Source: Nitrospirota bacterium (GTDB lineage: Bacteria; Nitrospirota; UBA9217). From it: a stretch of DNA of 64,000 bases. The notes under the pieces are model-generated. The model worked only from the letters and a program-made list of their open reading frames with translations, had not been told where the DNA came from and did not search any database. The stretch is from NCBI GenBank assembly GCA_963749655.1, contig CAVVOB010000018.1:96001-160000 (forward strand), written 5' to 3'. This document shows positions 1 through 8,971 of the stretch, in pieces. How positions within the stretch are numbered: position 1 is the first letter of the stretch; each line of letters opens with the position of its first letter. Made by a program: the position numbers and the translations under genes.

Positions 1-844
1 CTTAAACAGGTGCCCCACCATGTTCGAAAGGTCGTATACGCCCACATAGAAGGTAAAGGCAAGTTCGGAAACAATGGTTGCAGTGATGGACAGGAGTATG
101 AGCCGCAGCACTTTGCGGTCGAACATCGCTTTCTTGCGGAAAACCAGAAGTACCGGACGCAACAAGCACGGCGCTGATGACATATTCGCTGTTCTTCTTG
201 AACGGTGTGAGGCCTGTGCCTTCGCGGTAGCATTCGGGGAAAAAATTCGTGTACAAAATCGACCATAGCAGAAGGAAAGCCGCTGCTGCATAAGCGACCA
301 GAAGGGCGCGGTGGTTCACTCTGCGTCCTATGAAGTAGGGCGCCACGAACAGGGAAAACGCCTGGAGAGAGCGTGCAGCGATCCAGAGCTGCGTCGGATG
401 GTTGGCGTTAAAGGTCTTGAAGACGCCCATGCCTTTATAAGCAAGGGTGTGCACGAGATCGATACCGCCGACAACCAGATAGGCGATCCCGATAATGAGG
501 AGGAAGTTGTTTTCAAGAAAGGCCCGCGCGTTCCAGGATATCGCGAAAATGCTGAGGGCGATCACGATGCTGAACAGTTCGGCAAGGCTGTGAAAGAGCG
601 GATAACTGTAAAAACTGGTCAGATAAACGCCGGCGAGGAGCGCAAAGATGGTCAGACCGGACAAGCGTATATCCTGCTCGCCTGCTTTGGGAGGAAAATG
701 AAAGCCCCCTGCGGCAGCATGCAGGGCGCCTCGATATTCACGATCAGAACATGATTGTAGTTGTTCGCTTTCCGGGCGGTGAGCAGAAGGATCAGGGCTC
801 TTTCCAGAACTCACCTGCCCGTGCTTGTCACCTGCCGAGTGCAC
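1..844 (-). CDS. MASE3-domain membrane sensor protein (N-terminal part; runs off the window; internal frameshift near 150)
   Basis: Motifs 'LFHSLAELFSIVIA', 'DLVHTLAYKGM', 'TQLWIAARSLQA' and 'GLTPFKKNSEY' are typical of MASE3; the continuation 'SELAFTFY..VYDLSNMVGHLFK' is in another frame. Start uncertain. Confidence 0.8.
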
Positions 845-1099
845 AGTTGTCCTCCGGAAGTTTGCCGAACATCCCTGTTGATGATCACAGGAGCAGAGAT
901 CTCGTCATTTTGCTCCTGGCCAGAAGAGCATCGAAGTGCATTTAAATGCTCACGACTGTTTTGCGTCTGCACTATCCTCTAGTATAGCAAATCGGGCAGC
1001 AGGGAGAACGGTTGACACAGGGATGATGAGCGGTCACGAATGCACCGGCAGGCAGCGAGGCGAAGGGAGATGATGCGGGAAGAGAGCCGTCAGTTTCAG

Positions 1100-1138
1100 A
1101 AAAAAAAGAAGCCATAACTCGAAGAAGAGTTATGGCTT
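1100..1138 (-). terminator. Intrinsic terminator after tRNA-Pro
   Basis: 12-bp stem AAGCCATAACTC/GAGTTATGGCTT followed on the minus strand by a T run. Confidence 0.8.
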
Positions 1139-1143
1139 AATAT

Positions 1144-1220
1144 TGGTCGGGGCGAGCCGATTTGAACGGCCGACCACTCGCACCCCAAGCGAGTACGCTA
1201 CCAGGCTGCGCCACGCCCCG
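1144..1220 (-). tRNA. tRNA-Pro(GGG)
   Basis: Reverse complement CGGGGCGTGGCGCAGCCTGGTAGCGTACTCGCTTGGGGTGCGAGTGGTCGGCCGTTCAAATCGGCTCGCCCCGACCA: cloverleaf, anticodon GGG, TTCAAAT T-loop, encoded CCA. Confidence 0.96.
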
Positions 1221-1235
1221 ATTTTCTGATATTTG

Positions 1236-1574
1236 TTATTTCAAGAGCTCCAGAATCTCTCTCAACTCAAGCTTTGCAGTTTCGAGGGCCGCCGCAACCT
1301 TGTCCTCGTCTTCTTTTCCGTTCAGTTTTTTTCTGGCCCCGGCGATCGTGTAGCCGTCTTTGTACAACAGCTGCTTGATGCGAAGGATGTTGTCGAGGTC
1401 TTTTTTGGTGTAGAGGCGCTGACCCGTACGTCCCTTATCGGGCCGGATCTGGGAAAATTCCGTCTCCCAATAACGAAGCACATACTGTTCCAGCCCGGTG
1501 AGGCGGCTCACTTCACCGATACGGTAAAACAGCTTACTCGGTGCTTGCGGTGGTTGCAGGGGTTTCGATGACAT
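1236..1574 (-). CDS. MerR-family transcriptional regulator
   Basis: '[24 protein letters not shown]...R.Y' MerR HTH; conserved ihfA-merR-tRNA-Pro order. Confidence 0.92.
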   Translation of the reverse strand: MSSKPLQPPQAPSKLFYRIGEVSRLTGLEQYVLRYWETEFSQIRPDKGRTGQRLYTKKDLDNILRIKQLLYKDGYTIAGARKKLNGKEDEDKVAAALETAKLELREILELLK

Positions 1575-1836
1575 GCTCTTTGAAAATCATGCTCGGTCTG
1601 AAACTGACAACCCTTCTCGGAGTAATCTCGATCTCCTGACCGGTCTTGGGGTTGCGGCCTTTCCGGGCATTCTTTTTCCGGACGACGAAGTTCCCGAAAC
1701 CGGAAAGCTTGACGGTTTCTCCTTCTTTGAGCGTCTGCTTGACCATGTCCAGAATCATCTCGACCAGCTCCTCAGCGTCCTGCTTCGGCAAGCCGACTTT
1801 GTCAAAAACCTCAGAGATGATGTCTGCTTTTGTCAT
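1534..1836 (-). CDS. ihfA: Integration host factor subunit alpha
   Basis: 'VKLSGFGNF...RKGRNPKTG.EI.ITPRRVVSFRPS'; SD GAGGAGG upstream. Confidence 0.92.
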   Translation of the reverse strand: MTKADIISEVFDKVGLPKQDAEELVEMILDMVKQTLKEGETVKLSGFGNFVVRKKNARKGRNPKTGQEIEITPRRVVSFRPSMIFKEHVIETPATTASTE

Positions 1837-1859
1837 AGCCCCCCTCCTCTACGGTGCAT

Positions 1860-1888
1860 ACTATAGAGCATAAGAGCTTCAAAGTCAA
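1860..1888 (-). promoter_or_regulatory. sigma70 promoter of ihfA
   Basis: TTGACT-17 nt-TATAGT on the minus strand. Confidence 0.7.
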
Positions 1889-2182
1889 GGCAAAATTGCT
1901 GCGCTTCAGCTCTGGTTCTCCCTTGTTGATGCGGCTCATAACGGTTCTCTTCCTTTTCTCTATAACGAACCCCGCTAAGCCGAATCCATAATCGCTTAGT
2001 ATCCGTCTTCTTTGTGCTACACTCGAACTATATTATGAAGCCCACGCACGATTTGGACACGCACATATTCTTTTTCATGGGGAGGCGAAATAATGGTTTC
2101 CTGCAGCATTAAGTGATATCGCTGTAAAAGAACGCTCCATAATGCAATCATCGTCAACATCATCACGATTAAGGAGGTCAAT

Positions 2183-3872
2183 ATGGCGAAAAAACTTTTT
2201 GCAGTTGTCGTATTGTTTTCCCTGCTGCTTTTTGCGGGCCTGTGGATGAAGAATGCGAATGCGCAGTACCAGGGTGCGGTCACAAAAAAAACAGCAGAAA
2301 AAGCCGTATCAGTCAATACCTGTTACTCGTGCCACGACCCGGTTAAACAGCTTCACACCATGGGCAAACACGCCAAAGTCAATTGTGTAAGCTGCCATGC
2401 AGGGCTCCAGAAACACCTGGCGAATCCAGGGCCGGAAACGCGGCCGATAACGAACACTTCGTGGGAAGCTTGCGGGCAATGCCACAAGGATGAATACGAC
2501 AGCTTCATGCAGGTCGCTTATCATCGGCCTGCGCGGGACGAAAAATCGCAGCTTACCAACCGCTCTCCCAACCCCTTCTGGGACAAGCTCATGGCAGGCC
2601 ATGGCTTCACCAAGGAGCACAACCTGACGCGGAGCCACGTGAACATGCTGCCCGATCACCTCGTGGTCGACCGCGCTTACGGCGGACGGTTCCAGCCCAG
2701 GAACGGCTGGACCTATGTGCTTGAGAAAGGCAAGTCATGGGACATTCTCGCTGACCGGGAGCCGGCGACTTCGGACCAGAAGATCTTCATGCCCCAAAGC
2801 GTCACAGCCGCGAACCCTGTCTGCCTGCAGTGCAAATCCCAGGATCAAATCCTCAAGTGGTCCTATATGGGTGAACCGGTCGAGGGCGCCCAATGGTCGC
2901 GGACGTCGAAACCCGTGGAGCTCGTCCGGGACCTCCAGCACGGCTTGAACTGTTTCTATTGCCACGATCCCCATGCGGCCAAGCCGCGCATCGTCCGTGA
3001 CGGCCTGATCCAGGCGCTGACGCGCCCCGAGGCGGACACGCTCTGGCACAAGGACCCGAATCACACGAACATCAAGGTGATCGACATGGGCGTGCGCGGG
3101 TTCACCAGGAAGATCGCGCTCCTTGAAAAATATGACACCCGCCTTTTGTGCGGCCAATGTCATGTAGAGTACAACTGCAATCCGGGATACGATCCGCGGA
3201 ACCAGGACACGTCGAAGTACAGCGTAACCATGGCCGACGTGCGCACGAATCATTTCCCGTATAAGGACGTGCTCGGCCTCTACGATCACTATGTGAAGCA
3301 GGTCAACTTCCTTGACTTCAAGCACACCCTGACCGGCGGGCTCCTGTGGAAGGCCCAGCATCCCGAATCGGAAACGTACTACAACTCCAAGCACGCGAAG
3401 GCCGGCGTGGGCTGCGCGGACTGCCATACCCCGAAGGTGAAGAACAAGAAGACCGGCAAGACCTGGACTTCGCATTTCGCCGTGACCCCGCGGGTCCAGC
3501 TCAAGGAGACCTGCCTCAAGTGTCATCCCCAGTGGACCGAGGAACAGGCGAAATACACGATCGATTCGATCAAGGCATACGGAAAAGGAAAGATGAGAAA
3601 GGCGGAGTTCTGGCTCATCGAGCCTGATCGACAAGATCGTGGAGGCCAGGAAGGCCGGACTCGATCCCGAAATCATCAAGCAGGCCCAGGACCAGCACCT
3701 CAGGGCGCACATTCTCTGGGAATACTGGACTGCCGAGAATTCCGACGGGTTCCACAATCCCGAGCTCGCCCGCGAGTCGCTCACGAGGTCCGTGGACGAA
3801 TCACAGAAAGGAATCAAGCTCATCAACGACGCCCTGTCTCCGAAGGCCGCGTCTTCCTCAGCAGCTCATTGA
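2183..3872 (+). CDS. Octaheme cytochrome c nitrite reductase (ammonia-forming, TvNiR/NrfA family); frameshift near 3620
   Basis: Signal peptide; 7 CxxCH plus catalytic CLQCK; 'CGQCHVEYNC'; 'KAQHPE'; C-terminal 'WEYWTAENSDGFHNP' in ORF 3639-3872; SD AAGGAGG. Confidence 0.92.
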
Positions 3873-3884
3873 ACCATCCTGCAT

Positions 3885-3921
3885 GAGCAGCGGGGCGCAA
3901 ATGCCCCGCTGTTCTCTTGTT
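3885..3921 (+). terminator. Intrinsic terminator after the nitrite reductase
   Basis: Hairpin GAGCAGCGGGGC-gcaaat-GCCCCGCTGTTC followed by TCTTGTT. Confidence 0.6.
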
Positions 3922-3937
3922 CATCGACGCTCCCTTC

Positions 3938-3965
3938 TTGACTTTCCCTCCCGCTATGTTATTCT
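3938..3965 (+). promoter_or_regulatory. sigma70 promoter of the nuo operon (possibly leaderless)
   Basis: TTGACT-16 nt-TATTCT with extended -10 TG; ATG 6 nt after the -10; no SD. Confidence 0.55.
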
Positions 3966-3971
3966 TTTAGC

Positions 3972-4391
3972 ATGCTTCCCAATGCTTTAGAAGATGTCGT
4001 TCTCTGGCCCCTGGGCGTCTACTTTGCCGCCGTCGTCGGTCTTGTTATCTTTATGATCACGTTCTCCTATCTTCTCGGAGAGCGCCACCGGGAAAAACAG
4101 ACAGCGGAACCCTATGAATCGGGCATCGTATCCACGGGGACGGCGCGCGTCCGCTTCGACATAAAATTCTATCTCGTCGCCATGTTTTTCGTCATCTTCG
4201 ACCTGGAGGCCGTATTCATTTTTTCCTGGGCCGTTTCCATCCGGGAGACGGGATGGACCGGGTACGGCGAAATGCTCATCTTCATCGCGGTGCTGACTGC
4301 GGCTCTCGTATATATATGGAAGCTCGGAGCGCTCGAATGGGGCTCCTTTGTAAAGCATAGTTCAAGGTTCAAAGTTCCAGGTTCAAAGTAA
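3972..4391 (+). CDS. nuoA: NADH-quinone oxidoreductase subunit A
   Basis: 'PYESG...KFYLVAMFFVIFDLEA'. Confidence 0.95.
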   Translation: MLPNALEDVVLWPLGVYFAAVVGLVIFMITFSYLLGERHREKQTAEPYESGIVSTGTARVRFDIKFYLVAMFFVIFDLEAVFIFSWAVSIRETGWTGYGEMLIFIAVLTAALVYIWKLGALEWGSFVKHSSRFKVPGSK

Positions 4392-4470
4392 AGGCATCAA
4401 CTCAAAACTAATAACTCAAAACTATAAACTCCGCGCTTTGGGAACTCTGAACTATGAACTATAAACTCAC
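4361..4470. repeat. Heptamer tandem/inverted repeat element spanning the nuoA end and nuoB start
   Basis: TTCAAGG-like x4 (4361-4388), AACTCAA-like x5 (4399-4433), AACTnnn x4 (4443-4470). Confidence 0.75.
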
Positions 4471-5068
4471 CAAGCCCGGCCTCGATTCCCTCGAGGACGC
4501 TGTCCGGAAAAGCCTTTTACTGACGCGGCTGCAGGACATGCTCGCCTGGGGACGGAAGAACTCCATCTGGCCCTTCAATTTCGGCCTTTCCTGCTGCTAC
4601 GTGGAAATGGCCACGAGCCTCACGAGCAAATACGATATCGCGCGGTTCGGCGCCGAAGTAATGCGCGGCACGCCCCGCGAAGCGGATATGATGATCATCG
4701 CCGGGACCGTCTTCATCAAGATGGCGCCGGTTATCAAGCGGCTCTACGAGCAGATGATGGAGCCCCGGTGGGTCATCTCCATGGGCTCGTGCGCCAATTC
4801 CGGCGGCATGTACGACATCTACAGCGTGGTGCAGGGCGTGGACAAATTCCTGCCGGTGGACGTCTACGTTCCCGGCTGTCCGCCGCGGCCGGACGCGTTC
4901 ATGGAAGGCCTTCTGATGCTGCGCGAAAAGGTCGGCAAGGAACGGCGGCCCTTGAGCTGGGTCGCCGGGCCGCAGAACGTGATACGGCCCGAAATGCCGT
5001 GCATGCGCGATCTGAAACGGGAGGAACGCAGAAAGGCGTCGTTCCTGAGGTCGCCGGATGAAGTGTAA
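4454..5068 (+). CDS. nuoB: NADH-quinone oxidoreductase subunit B
   Basis: '[10 protein letters not shown]', '[10 protein letters not shown]', 'VPGCPPRP'. Confidence 0.96.
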   Translation: MNYKLTKPGLDSLEDAVRKSLLLTRLQDMLAWGRKNSIWPFNFGLSCCYVEMATSLTSKYDIARFGAEVMRGTPREADMMIIAGTVFIKMAPVIKRLYEQMMEPRWVISMGSCANSGGMYDIYSVVQGVDKFLPVDVYVPGCPPRPDAFMEGLLMLREKVGKERRPLSWVAGPQNVIRPEMPCMRDLKREERRKASFLRSPDEV

Positions 5069-5073
5069 GACTG

Positions 5074-5154
5074 CAGTTTTTAGTTTTTAGTTCTTAGTTC
5101 TTAAGACGATACTGCACTTCCAACTTAAAACTCAAAACTAAAAACTCAAAACTG
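5074..5154. repeat. Inverted heptamer-repeat element (nuoB-nuoCD spacer)
   Basis: (TTTTTAG/TTCTTAG)n arm facing an (AACTCAA/AACTAAA)n arm. Confidence 0.8.
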
Positions 5155-5171
5155 AAACAACTCTTTCCCTT

Positions 5172-6911
5172 ATGGTTCCTATCACCGACAATCTGAAGAC
5201 GGCCTTCCCCGATGCACTCCTTGCCATCCAGGAAACCCGCGACGCCATTCCCACGTTCTGGGTGAAGCCGGAACGGGCAGCCGATGTTCTCCGCCATCTC
5301 AAGACCGGCATAACGAGCCCCTATCGCACCCTCTACGATCTCACCGCCATCGACGAACGGATGAGAAACAACCGGCCGGACCAGCCGGCGAGCGATTTCA
5401 CGGTCGTGTATCATCTTCTTTCCTATGACCGGAACGACGATGTCCGTATCAAAGTGCCGCTCAAGGGAACGGAGCCGTCGCTTCCCACGATCACGGGGCT
5501 CTGGCAGTCCGCTGACTGGTACGAACGGGAAGTCTGGGACATGTTCGGGATCAGGTTCGACGGCCACCCGCATCTGAAAAGGATCCTGATGCCGCCGACG
5601 TGGAAAGGTCATCCTTTGCGCAAGGACCATCCGGCGCGGGCAACCGAGATGGGCCAATTCCGTCTGCCTGATGAGAAGGAGGAAGCGGAACAGACGGCGC
5701 TCCTGTTCAAACCGGAAGATTGGGGTATGGAGCGGGAGTCCGAAGACACGGACTTCATGTTCCTGAACCTCGGACCGCAGCATCCCGGCACGCACGGTCT
5801 CATCCGCTTCGTATTGCAACTCGACGGAGAAACGATCAAGAATGCCGTACTGGATATCGGCTACCATCACCGGGGCGCGGAAAAGATGGCTGAGCGGCAG
5901 TCCTGGCACACGTACATCCCCTATACCGACCGCGTCGACTATCTCGGCGGGGTAATGAACAACATGGCCTACTGCCTTGCCGTTGAGAAGCTTGCAGGCA
6001 TCGAGGTCCCGGACCGCGCCAAGACCATCCGGGTCATGCTCGCCGAGCTCTTCCGCATCGCAAGCCACCTCGTCTGGTACGGCACCTTTGCACAGGATGT
6101 GGGCTCCCTCTCGCCCGTGTTCTACATGTTCACGGACCGCGAACGGGTCTTCGACATCATCGAGGCCGTGTGCGGCGGCCGCATGCATCCCGAATGGTTC
6201 CGGATCGGGGGCGTGGCCCAGGACCTGCCCAAGGGCTGGGACGACCTGGTCAGGAACTTCCTTAAATACCTGCCGCCGCGGCTCAAGGAATACGATTCCA
6301 TCGTGATGCGGAACAGCATCTTCAAGGCGCGCACCAAGGGCGTCGGCAAATACTCCCTTGACGATGCCATCGATTGGGGCGTGACCGGACCGGGCCTCCG
6401 CGCCTGCGGTTTTGAATGGGACTTCCGCAAGAAGCGCCCCTATTCAGGGTACGAAAACTTCGAATTCGACATCCCGACGGCAACAAACGGCGACTGCTAC
6501 GACCGCGGCGTGGTCCGTATCGAAGAGATCCGCCAGAGCCTGCGCATCGTCGAGCAGTGCATGAAAAACATGCCCGCGGGGCCGTACAAGTCCGATCATC
6601 CGCTCGCGACGCCGCCGCGCAAGGAACGCACCATGCACGATATCGAAACGCTCATCAACCATTTCCTGAGCGTAAGCTGGGGACCGGTCATCCCTGCCGG
6701 CGAAGCCTTCATGGGCATCGAAGCCACGAAGGGAAACAACGGCTATTACCTGATCAGCGACGGGAGCACGGTGTCGTACCGCACGCGGATACGCACGCCT
6801 TCCTTTGCGCACCTGCAGATGGTGCCGAAGATCAGCAGGGGCCTGATGATCGCCGACCTCCTGGCGATCCTGGGGAGCATTGATTTTATTTTGGCGGATC
6901 TGGACAGATAG
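5172..6911 (+). CDS. nuoCD: NADH-quinone oxidoreductase fused subunit C/D
   Basis: '[12 protein letters not shown]', 'GHPLRKD', '[12 protein letters not shown]', 'RVDYL', C-terminal 'DLDR'. Confidence 0.97.
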   Translation: MVPITDNLKTAFPDALLAIQETRDAIPTFWVKPERAADVLRHLKTGITSPYRTLYDLTAIDERMRNNRPDQPASDFTVVYHLLSYDRNDDVRIKVPLKGTEPSLPTITGLWQSADWYEREVWDMFGIRFDGHPHLKRILMPPTWKGHPLRKDHPARATEMGQFRLPDEKEEAEQTALLFKPEDWGMERESEDTDFMFLNLGPQHPGTHGLIRFVLQLDGETIKNAVLDIGYHHRGAEKMAERQSWHTYIPYTDRVDYLGGVMNNMAYCLAVEKLAGIEVPDRAKTIRVMLAELFRIASHLVWYGTFAQDVGSLSPVFYMFTDRERVFDIIEAVCGGRMHPEWFRIGGVAQDLPKGWDDLVRNFLKYLPPRLKEYDSIVMRNSIFKARTKGVGKYSLDDAIDWGVTGPGLRACGFEWDFRKKRPYSGYENFEFDIPTATNGDCYDRGVVRIEEIRQSLRIVEQCMKNMPAGPYKSDHPLATPPRKERTMHDIETLINHFLSVSWGPVIPAGEAFMGIEATKGNNGYYLISDGSTVSYRTRIRTPSFAHLQMVPKISRGLMIADLLAILGSIDFILADLDR

Positions 6912-6914
6912 GGG

Positions 6915-6948
6915 CAGTTTTGAGTTCAGAGTTTTTAGTTTTGAGTTG
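6915..6948. repeat. Heptamer repeat arm (nuoCD-nuoE spacer)
   Basis: GTTTTGA/GTTCAGA/GTTTTTA/GTTTTGA units. Confidence 0.65.
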
Positions 6949-6979
6949 AAAGCACTGAGTTTACATTGCAGACTATTTC

Positions 6980-7444
6980 ATGCTATCGAAAGAAGAGATA
7001 AACAAGATTAACGCCGAGCTGGTCCATGCCGTCACCAAGGCCTCGGCATCCGTTGACGCGCTCAATATCCTCCAGCGCAGCCGCGGCTGGGTGTCCGACG
7101 ATGCAGTAAAGGACGTTGCCGCGCTCCTGGAGATGACTGCCGACGAAGTGGACGCGGTGGCCACGTTCTACAGCTTCATTTTTAGAAAGCCCGTCGGCAA
7201 ACACGTCATCCTCATCTGCGACAGCATCTCCTGCTGGGTCATGGGATACAATCCCCTGCTGGATCTGATGAAGAACAAACTCGGCATCGCATTCGGCGAG
7301 ACAACGGCAGACAAACGGTTCACCCTTCTCCCCATCTCCTGCCTTGGCGCTTGTGACCGTGCACCGGCAATGATGGTCGACGACGATCTCCACGGTCCGG
7401 TAACTCCAGAGATGATGGAAGGGCTACTGGAAAAGTACAAGTAA
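6980..7444 (+). CDS. nuoE: NADH-quinone oxidoreductase subunit E
   Basis: 'ATFY', 'CDSISC', 'CLGAC' 2Fe-2S ligands. Confidence 0.96.
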   Translation: MLSKEEINKINAELVHAVTKASASVDALNILQRSRGWVSDDAVKDVAALLEMTADEVDAVATFYSFIFRKPVGKHVILICDSISCWVMGYNPLLDLMKNKLGIAFGETTADKRFTLLPISCLGACDRAPAMMVDDDLHGPVTPEMMEGLLEKYK

Positions 7445-7451
7445 TAGCTTT

Positions 7452-7550
7452 GCCACGAATTATCACGAATTAACACGAATAAAACATTAGACTTGAGAAC
7501 AAAATTTTAAAATCTCTTTAAATTCGTGAAAATTCGTGTCAATTCGTGGC
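7452..7550. repeat. Palindromic element: 3x CACGAAT arm / 3x ATTCGTG arm (nuoE-nuoF)
   Basis: Decamer tandem units in inverted arms around an AT-rich core. Confidence 0.85.
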
Positions 7551-7562
7551 TGAAAAGGTTTT

Positions 7563-8834
7563 ATGGAACGACCTCTCACAAAAAACATACGCGCCGGCCA
7601 GGAGCCCCTTTCGCTTCAGGAATATGAGAAAGCCGGCGGCTACCAGGCCCTGCGCAAGGCCCTCACGATGACGCCCCAGCAGGTGCAGGACGTGGTCAAG
7701 ACTTCAAACCTCCGCGGCCGCGGGGGCGCTGGGTTCCCCACGGGGATGAAGTGGAGCTTTGTGCCCATGGGCGACAAAGCGCCCCGTCCCAAGTACTTCG
7801 TGGTCAATGCCGACGAAATGGAACCCGGCACGTTCAAGGACCGGCTCCTCCTCGAAGGCGATCCCCACCAGATCATCGAAGGAGTCATCATCAGCTCCTT
7901 TGCCATCGAGGCGGAGCAAGCCTTCATCTTTGTGAGGTGGGCTTATAAGCTTGCGGTAAAGCGGCTGGAGAAGGCCATTGCCGAAGCCTATGAGAAAGGC
8001 TATCTGGGAAAGAATATCCTCGGTTCCGGCTTCAGCCTCGAGCTTCGCATCCACGGGAGCGCGGGCCGCTATATTTGCGGCGAGGAAACAGCTCTCCTGA
8101 ACGCTCTTGAAGGAAAGCGCGCAACACCCCGGGCCAAGCCGCCGTTCCCGCAGGTCTGCGGTCTTTTCGGCAAGCCCACGATCGTGAACAATGCCGAGAC
8201 CGTTGCGAACATCCCCCATATCATCGGCAACGGGCCTGACTGGTTCAAGTCCTTGAGCACAAGCCCTGACGCGGGGACCAAGCTCTTCGGCGTCAGCGGC
8301 CGGGTCAAAAAACCCGCCATCTGGGAGCTGCCCATGGGAGTGACGGTGCGCGAGCTTCTGGAAGAGCACGCCGGCGGCATGCAGGACGGCTACTCCTTCC
8401 GCGGCGTGATCCCCGGCGGCGCATCGACCGACTTTCTCGTGCAAGAGCATCTCGATGTAAAAATGGACTTCGACTCGGTCATGAAAGCCGGCAGCCGTCT
8501 CGGTACAGGAACCATGATAGTGCTCGATGATAAGACCTGCCCCGTGGGCTTCGTGCATAATATGGAAGTCTTCTTTGCCCGCGAGTCCTGCGGCTGGTGC
8601 ACGCCCTGCCGCGAGGGCCTCCCGTGGATCGAGAAGATGCTCCGGGCCATCGAGAACGGGCAGGGAGAAATGGACGATATCGACATCCTTGCACAGCAAT
8701 GCAGGCTTCTCGGACCGGGAAACACCTACTGCGCACTGGCCCCCGGCGCGGTCGAGCCGCTCCAGAGCGCGATAAAGTACTTCCGGGAAGACTTTGAGAA
8801 GCATATTCATGGGAAGAAGTGCCCGTGGAAATGA
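7563..8834 (+). CDS. nuoF: NADH-quinone oxidoreductase subunit F
   Basis: 'GRGGAGFPTGMKW', 'NADEMEPGTFKDR', 'YICGEETAL', 'ESCGWCTPCREG'. Confidence 0.97.
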   Translation: MERPLTKNIRAGQEPLSLQEYEKAGGYQALRKALTMTPQQVQDVVKTSNLRGRGGAGFPTGMKWSFVPMGDKAPRPKYFVVNADEMEPGTFKDRLLLEGDPHQIIEGVIISSFAIEAEQAFIFVRWAYKLAVKRLEKAIAEAYEKGYLGKNILGSGFSLELRIHGSAGRYICGEETALLNALEGKRATPRAKPPFPQVCGLFGKPTIVNNAETVANIPHIIGNGPDWFKSLSTSPDAGTKLFGVSGRVKKPAIWELPMGVTVRELLEEHAGGMQDGYSFRGVIPGGASTDFLVQEHLDVKMDFDSVMKAGSRLGTGTMIVLDDKTCPVGFVHNMEVFFARESCGWCTPCREGLPWIEKMLRAIENGQGEMDDIDILAQQCRLLGPGNTYCALAPGAVEPLQSAIKYFREDFEKHIHGKKCPWK

Positions 8835-8869
8835 TCGCCACGAATAAGAGGAGTAAAAAAACCTTGCTA

Positions 8870-8960
8870 GCCACGAATTGACACGAATTTTCACGAATTT
8901 AAAAGACTTCCAGAAATCTCTTTCTAATTTTAATTCGTGTTAATTCGTGAAATTCGTGGC
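8870..8960. repeat. Second CACGAAT palindromic element (nuoF-nuoG)
   Basis: Same arm structure as 7452-7550; an extra unit at 8837-8845. Confidence 0.85.
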
Positions 8961-8971
8961 AAAAAAAGCTT

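Noticed and set aside
1000-1230. tRNA-Pro as attachment site of an integrated element
   Set aside because: No integrase and no duplicated tRNA 3' end were noticed in the window; the downstream side is mostly outside the window.
2150-2169. CRP/HcpR-like operator ATCGTCA-acatca-TCACGAT upstream of the nitrite reductase
   Set aside because: Single imperfect palindrome with no second copy or cognate regulator in the window; too weak to call.
7452-8960. CRISPR array
   Set aside because: The repeats are 7-10 nt tandem units in inverted arms with no unique spacers, and no cas genes are present.
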